A stretch of DNA of 57,477 nucleotides, counting the filler, from Chloroflexota bacterium (GTDB lineage: Bacteria; Chloroflexota; Chloroflexia; QHBQ01): assembly GCA_043754535.1 (NCBI GenBank). It is 4 parts of 4 records of this genome, joined end to end, with 100 filler letters (N's around TTAATTAATTAA, not from the genome) between each part and the next. Parts side by side here need not be neighbours in the genome. Positions count along the whole stretch, not along the records: positions 29,050 to 57,477 come from JAYUUN010000104.1; 3 more parts are not named here. The stretch is one strand, 5' to 3'. The position numbers and the translations under genes were made by a program. The notes beneath the pieces are model-generated. The model did not search any database. It was given only the letters and a program-made list of their open reading frames with translations, and had not been told where the DNA came from. This document shows positions 52,492 through 57,477 of the stretch, one piece after another; the first letter of the stretch is position 1; each line of letters begins with the position of its first letter.

Positions 52492-54531
52492 CTATCCTTC
52501 GTGAGGTACTTCACTGCTGACCAGCTCAGGAGCGACACTCGCCAGGTGAGCAGCATCGTCCATCTTCCAAACCGCTGCCCACACAAGAGCCATTATTACT
52601 ACGTCGCGCCAGTAGGTATACTGCGTGAGGCCACTGTTGAGCGCAAAGAGCGTGATCAGCAGCACTGTGGTGGTACTCACCACCTGCTTCAGTCCCGGTC
52701 GCCAAGCGTTGACTACCATAACTGCGCCCACCATCGCCGCCATGATCACGCTAGCCCAGGGTTTGAGGGTCAGCGTGATTGTTCCGTTATCACCACGAAT
52801 GCCCATAAGCTGCGCCCAGATCGATGTGTTCCACTGCCCAGGGAATGGCTCCGGCTGAGGCAGCCAAGACAGGTGAATTTTGACCGTGTCGTTGATAAAG
52901 TCGGTAGGCGACCAGAGGAAGTAAGGCAGGATGATCAGGGTTGGAATCGTCAGCATCACCACCAATTCACGCCAGCGTCTTTGGCGGATGAAGTAGATGA
53001 GTAGGATGAGGATATAGACGATGGCGTACTGCTTGCTAGCAAGGGCCAACCCAGCGGCAGTAGCAGCAAGCAACCAGTGTTGCCGATCCAGCAGGTAGAT
53101 GGACAGTACGATCCAGAACAGCATCACTGGGTCTACTACTGCTCCTTGGATAGTAAACCTGGTGAGTGGCACAAACAGCAGCGGCAAGATCGCAAGTGCC
53201 GCGCCTATGTCAGCACCCCAATAGCGACGGGCCAGCAAATAAATCAACCCGATGGTCAGCAAGTCGTAAGTAGCCAGTCCCCAACGAATGTCACCCAACA
53301 GATAGAACGGCAACTCGCTGAACAGGGTCATGGGCAAGTAGCCATACCAGATGTAGCCCGGGGGTGGCTGATACCAGACGGCGGTAAACACCTCAGCGTA
53401 GGGGTTGCGCCCATGCAAAAAGAAATCACACGCCTGGGTGGTGGCGAGATACACGTCGCCCGTCTCTGGCTGATTAGCCCAGAACCAGCGTACCACGATA
53501 CCAGCAGTCACTACGCCGCCGATCAGGACAAGATTGACCACTGCGCCACGTAGCACCGCAGCGACAAAGACTAGCACTAGCCCGGTGAAGTAGAAGAACG
53601 GAATCCATTCGTTGCCCTGACCAGGTGTGCCAATGAACAAATCCATCTGAATCAAGATGACAAAGACTACTGCTGCCCGCAGGAACGGTTTGCTTTCCTT
53701 GCGGTTGATCAGCAGCAGGTTGTTAAGTCGCCACCAGAGGCCAGCACCCAACCAGACGGCAAAGTCCTTTAGGGATGTTGGCCTGAGCCACCCCACTCGT
53801 TGAGATGAGCGGGGGCGGTTGGCTTGCCAAAGCAGGGCTGCTAGAACCAGGGCAAGCATGACAGCGTAGAACAGCATGGGAGTTAGCCGTCCTGCTCTCC
53901 CTTGCAGCAGCAGATAGGTGGTCAGCAAGCTGGCGGTCAGAACAGCGTAGAGCCAACGACCTTGCAACCGCCAACTGATTGCAGCCAGTAGGATACCAAC
54001 CAGACTGGTGGCGATCAGGATCGTCAAGGGCGGCCAGCCCAACCCGGGCGCATTTTCGACCGTCAGTTGGTCAACTTGCACCCCCAAATTACGCCCGCCT
54101 CGCTTCAAGGCTGGTGCTAGGAGGCCAACACGCAGGTCGTCACGACTGAACAAGGCCATTGGTGGCGAAAAGGTCTGGCTTATGATGCTGCCGTCGTAGG
54201 GCAGCGTAATCACTCCCAACGGCTTGTTGTTCAGCGAGAGAGTCACAGTTGTGCTGTCTACTCGACCGCCAAGCCGGATGCTCAAGCGCAACGGACTACC
54301 TGGTGAGTCCACCGCGAAGTAAGCAAAGCGGTCACTCCACAAGTAACCCACCTGACCGAGACCAGTGATAGCCTGGAAGTTGAACGCTTCTTTGCCAACA
54401 GCCTGGTTGACTACAACGGTATGCCGATAGGGTGTCTGGTAAGCCAGCAGCATTGCCAGCCACGTAAGCACCAGACAGAACGCGACCCTGCCTATACGTG
54501 AGAGCTGCTTGATCAATGCTCCACGGTTCAT
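52492..54531 (-). CDS. GT-C (GT87-like) polytopic membrane glycosyltransferase
   Basis: Many TM helices; DVY..GRNPY..YGYLP, D in VVDPVM, AGLALASKQY, PYFLWSP; alternative TTG start at 54570. Confidence 0.75.
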   Translation of the reverse strand: MNRGALIKQLSRIGRVAFCLVLTWLAMLLAYQTPYRHTVVVNQAVGKEAFNFQAITGLGQVGYLWSDRFAYFAVDSPGSPLRLSIRLGGRVDSTTVTLSLNNKPLGVITLPYDGSIISQTFSPPMALFSRDDLRVGLLAPALKRGGRNLGVQVDQLTVENAPGLGWPPLTILIATSLVGILLAAISWRLQGRWLYAVLTASLLTTYLLLQGRAGRLTPMLFYAVMLALVLAALLWQANRPRSSQRVGWLRPTSLKDFAVWLGAGLWWRLNNLLLINRKESKPFLRAAVVFVILIQMDLFIGTPGQGNEWIPFFYFTGLVLVFVAAVLRGAVVNLVLIGGVVTAGIVVRWFWANQPETGDVYLATTQACDFFLHGRNPYAEVFTAVWYQPPPGYIWYGYLPMTLFSELPFYLLGDIRWGLATYDLLTIGLIYLLARRYWGADIGAALAILPLLFVPLTRFTIQGAVVDPVMLFWIVLSIYLLDRQHWLLAATAAGLALASKQYAIVYILILLIYFIRQRRWRELVVMLTIPTLIILPYFLWSPTDFINDTVKIHLSWLPQPEPFPGQWNTSIWAQLMGIRGDNGTITLTLKPWASVIMAAMVGAVMVVNAWRPGLKQVVSTTTVLLITLFALNSGLTQYTYWRDVVIMALVWAAVWKMDDAAHLASVAPELVSSEVPHEG

Positions 54532-54627
54532 GGTTGGAACAGTATTAGACAAACGAAACGGTGCCTCCAAATCATCATGGTGCGCCCATTATGCCAGATG
54601 CGGTTGTGCAGCGCAACACTGGATGAG

Positions 54628-55010
54628 GGGGAAGTGGCTAGGTAGGGATACAATGTGGTACAATAGAGTCATGAACATACCAGCTGTCCTTTGCACCCAT
54701 TGCCAGTCGCCAAGTAATGGCCCACATGGGCATGATCCCAGCGGCAGCTGCCGCTTCCGTTGTCCTGCCTGTAACCGCCATTTATGCCCCAGCACAAAGC
54801 TGACTCCCCTACAGCGACGACTTCAAGCGTAAAGTCCTGCGGCACTGTCTGGCTGGGTTGCGGCGCAAGACGCGCTGTTTTAGCAAGTCGCTGAGTGCAC
54901 TGGCTGAGACGGTAGTGTTATTTGTCTACAGCCGGAACCGATGGCAGCGGCTGTTGCTCGTCAATCTTAAGCTGAAGAACAAGCTGTGTCTACTTGATTA
55001 GCCACTCCCC
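54628..55010 (+). mobile_element. Internally deleted IS1-family derivative (MITE-like)
   Basis: Ends GGGGAAGTGGCTA / TAGCCACTCCCC; InsA CTHC..RFRCPAC joined to InsB tail LRRKTRCFSKS. Confidence 0.7.
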
Positions 55011-55219
55011 TGAAGGGCGTTAGCACACCGCCAGCAGTCTTTCGTGGCAGGCTTCTACTGCCAAACATACCTAGTCATGCTAATCTTACGGCCATAATTG
55101 GCTATGGTTGTGAGTGGATGCTAGCAATTGGTAAGGTTTGTAATTGGTGCAGGTGTGGTACCATTTGCAGCGCACTGCCGAACAGAGGGGTTTAAGACCT
55201 GTTAGTTTAAGGAGGTATA

Positions 55220-56911
55220 ATGAAGAAGCACCTTGCAGTTGGCATATTGATTAGTGTGTTCCTGCTGGTTGCCAGCGGCACGACCACTGCCCAACCACTT
55301 GCTGGCATAATCAGCGGACGCGTTATTAACAGCAATGGTAGTGGCATTGGTGGTGCTCAGGTGGTGATCGATTCGGGCGTAGATACAACTACTGACGGCA
55401 ATGGTTACTATTCGCGCAGTGTCAATGCGGCTACCTACTACGTAGTGGTGCGGGCACCTTCGGGCTACGCCAACGCTTACGCATCCAGCGTGATAGTCAG
55501 CGACGGCGGTATTACCAGTCAGAACTTCATCCTAAGCAGCAACGTCGGCACGATCAACGGGCGGGTCTATGATGCAAACACCAATGCTCCCCTGGCTAAT
55601 GTGCCGGTGCTGGCACAAGGTACCCCAGACACTGGCAATAATGGGTGGTCTAACGCTGTCACTGATAGCAACGGTAATTACACCTTGACCAAGCTCGCAG
55701 CTGGCCATTACGCCATTGGCCCAGTGCCGCCACCCTCTGGCTATAATGGTGTCACCCTGATGGTCAACGTCAATGCTGGTAACAACACCCTCGACCTCGG
55801 TCTAGGTCGCTCCGGCTCGGCCTTTGTTGGGCGAGTTACTACCACGAGTGGTGTCCCTGTTGCCAACGCCCACATCTTTGCTGGTGATCCGAACAACCCG
55901 AATAGCACCTGTTACGCAGCTACTGACAGCAATGGCAACTACAACTGTGGCCTCGGTGCAGGCAACTACCTGGTACACCTAGTGGAGAGTGGCTATCCTG
56001 GTCAAATCCTCACCGTGTCACTTAGCAGTGGACAGACGAGACAGGTTAACTTCGTCACTACATCCGGCTCCCAGACGATCAGTGGTCAAGTTAGGAGCTA
56101 CCAGTTGAACCCGATCAATGGGGCTTTTATCGAAGCTGACCAGCAGATTGCCAACGGCCCTGGTTATTACCGCACTGTCTACGTGGGCAGCAACGGCAAT
56201 TACAGCTTTAGCGGCATAGGTAATCAAGGTACATACCAGTTTCAGATTGGAGCGACAGGCTATGCCCGTCGGCTTGATGACCAGGTGAGCATCGCGGGCA
56301 ACCCCTGGACTCGCAACTTCAAGCTGGGTACCTTCTTCGACGTGGCTGCTCTGGATGACAACAACCGCGTCGAGTTCCCCTTCTACTACATTGAGTTTAT
56401 GCAAGCACACCACATCATCAGCGGCTTCACCCAGGCCGGGCAGTGTCCTGGCACCACTGCTCCCTGCTTTCTGCCCAGCAACAATGTGCGCCGTGGCGAG
56501 TACAGCAAGATGCTAGCTCTGGCGAAGGGTTGGGCAACCAACATCAGTGCCGGTCCTCACTTCAGAGACGTATCAGCCAGCAACACCTTTTATAATCAGA
56601 TCGAAACCGCTTACCACAATGGCGCGATCAGCGGCTATGCCGACGGTACCTTTCGACCTAACGGTACCATTACCCGTGCCGAAGCGACCAAGCTGGCGGT
56701 AGCGGCCTCTGGCTGGACCCTGCTCAATCCTAGCACCGCCAGCTACTCCGACGTGCCAACTACCTACTGGGCCTACCGCTGGATCGAGACTGCTCACAGC
56801 CACGGTGCTATCGCCAACGATAGTGCTGGCTTCCGCCCCGGCGACTTCATCCTCCGTAGCGAGACAGCCAAGCTGATCTGTGTCGCCAACGCTAGTGGCT
56901 GTGGGCAATAG
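55220..56911 (+). CDS. Secreted S-layer-homology protein with about 4 carboxypeptidase-regulatory-like beta-sandwich repeats
   Basis: AAGGAGG RBS, signal peptide, ISGRV..TDxNGxY repeats; SLH motifs FRDVS..ISGYADGTFRPNGTITRAE and YSDVPTTYWAY. Confidence 0.9.
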   Translation: MKKHLAVGILISVFLLVASGTTTAQPLAGIISGRVINSNGSGIGGAQVVIDSGVDTTTDGNGYYSRSVNAATYYVVVRAPSGYANAYASSVIVSDGGITSQNFILSSNVGTINGRVYDANTNAPLANVPVLAQGTPDTGNNGWSNAVTDSNGNYTLTKLAAGHYAIGPVPPPSGYNGVTLMVNVNAGNNTLDLGLGRSGSAFVGRVTTTSGVPVANAHIFAGDPNNPNSTCYAATDSNGNYNCGLGAGNYLVHLVESGYPGQILTVSLSSGQTRQVNFVTTSGSQTISGQVRSYQLNPINGAFIEADQQIANGPGYYRTVYVGSNGNYSFSGIGNQGTYQFQIGATGYARRLDDQVSIAGNPWTRNFKLGTFFDVAALDDNNRVEFPFYYIEFMQAHHIISGFTQAGQCPGTTAPCFLPSNNVRRGEYSKMLALAKGWATNISAGPHFRDVSASNTFYNQIETAYHNGAISGYADGTFRPNGTITRAEATKLAVAASGWTLLNPSTASYSDVPTTYWAYRWIETAHSHGAIANDSAGFRPGDFILRSETAKLICVANASGCGQ

Positions 56912-57380
56912 TCTGATGGCGATGCCCCAACTTTAGCCGTGTAGCTCACTACTCAAGGCGCAGCGTGCCGTTCGCTCGCCGCGGGCACCACAGGCTGCTC
57001 CACGGTGGAGCCGAGCTGAGCGTGCGCCTGCTGCTTGTGGGCTACTCACTACCCCAGCGGATTGCTGGCCGCTCGACCGCCAGGTAGAACAGCCAGCCAA
57101 CCACTACCGCTGCCAACACCAGGCAGAAGAAGCCAACACCCAGTGTGATGTCCACAAAGGGGTAGAAGCCCCCCAAGCGGATGTAGAGATAAGAGAAGCC
57201 AATCCACAGTAGCAGCAGGCTGAGGGTGGTCCATCACCAGCCCATTGATCTGCTGCCGGTGACACATCACTATCACTGTCGCCAGGATGCCAAGAGCGAA
57301 CTCGGAGATGCACCCAGGAGCAAACCAGGACCTGCCTCCACTTCGTTCGGCATATTATGCGGCGCAAACCGGGATTAGGC

Positions 57381-57477
57381 CGTACGTGGTGCGGGTTTGT
57401 CCGACGAACGAGAAGCTAACCGATGTCGTCAACGCGCACCAGCTGGTCTATCTGTTCGGCAACCGGCTGCTCACCGT
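57381..57477. repeat. Exact reverse-complement copy of 28853-28949 (P4 primase remnant 5' part)
   Basis: 97 bp identical in inverted orientation, at the end of contig C and the end of the window. Confidence 0.95.

Overview
This is not one continuous locus. It is four assembly contigs joined by 100-bp artificial linkers (N44-TTAATTAATTAA-N44 at 9665-9764, 19341-19440 and 28950-29049). The host is probably a Chloroflexota bacterium, inferred from the GAAC-N4-GTKC SOS box, the SLH-domain style and the NDVWAVG/HWNG propeller repeats. Contig A (1-9664) is chromosomal housekeeping DNA: lon, SOS-controlled recA-recX, an MBL hydrolase, pyrG, two membrane proteins and a TMEM175 pseudogene. Contig B (9765-19340) is accessory DNA: tandem GT2/GT21-like glycosyltransferases, an XRE regulator, a secreted protein, a hydrolase and an orphan chemoreceptor. 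It also carries two parallel 'small membrane peptide ending Y-x-G-R-x-R + related multi-TM sensor' gene pairs, which look like an uncharacterised peptide-signalling module. Contigs C (19441-28949) and D (29050-57477) share an exact 97-bp end overlap in reverse orientation and a 22-bp palindrome, so they are probably one plasmid-like replicon. This replicon carries a zinc-finger/TOPRIM/helicase Rep with an antisense promoter and terminators in its leader, and an RHH-parA-parB-AlbA_2 operon whose parB contains a 48-bp array of palindromes that recurs outside the gene. It also has a second orphan parB, a Type I R-M locus with split hsdS and internally deleted hsdR, a Type IIG/ISP-like R-M enzyme and a nucleotidyltransferase/XRE TA-like pair. 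The rest is an IS-scarred cargo region of secreted and cell-surface glyco-proteins. All calls come from motif recognition by eye; no database searches were run.
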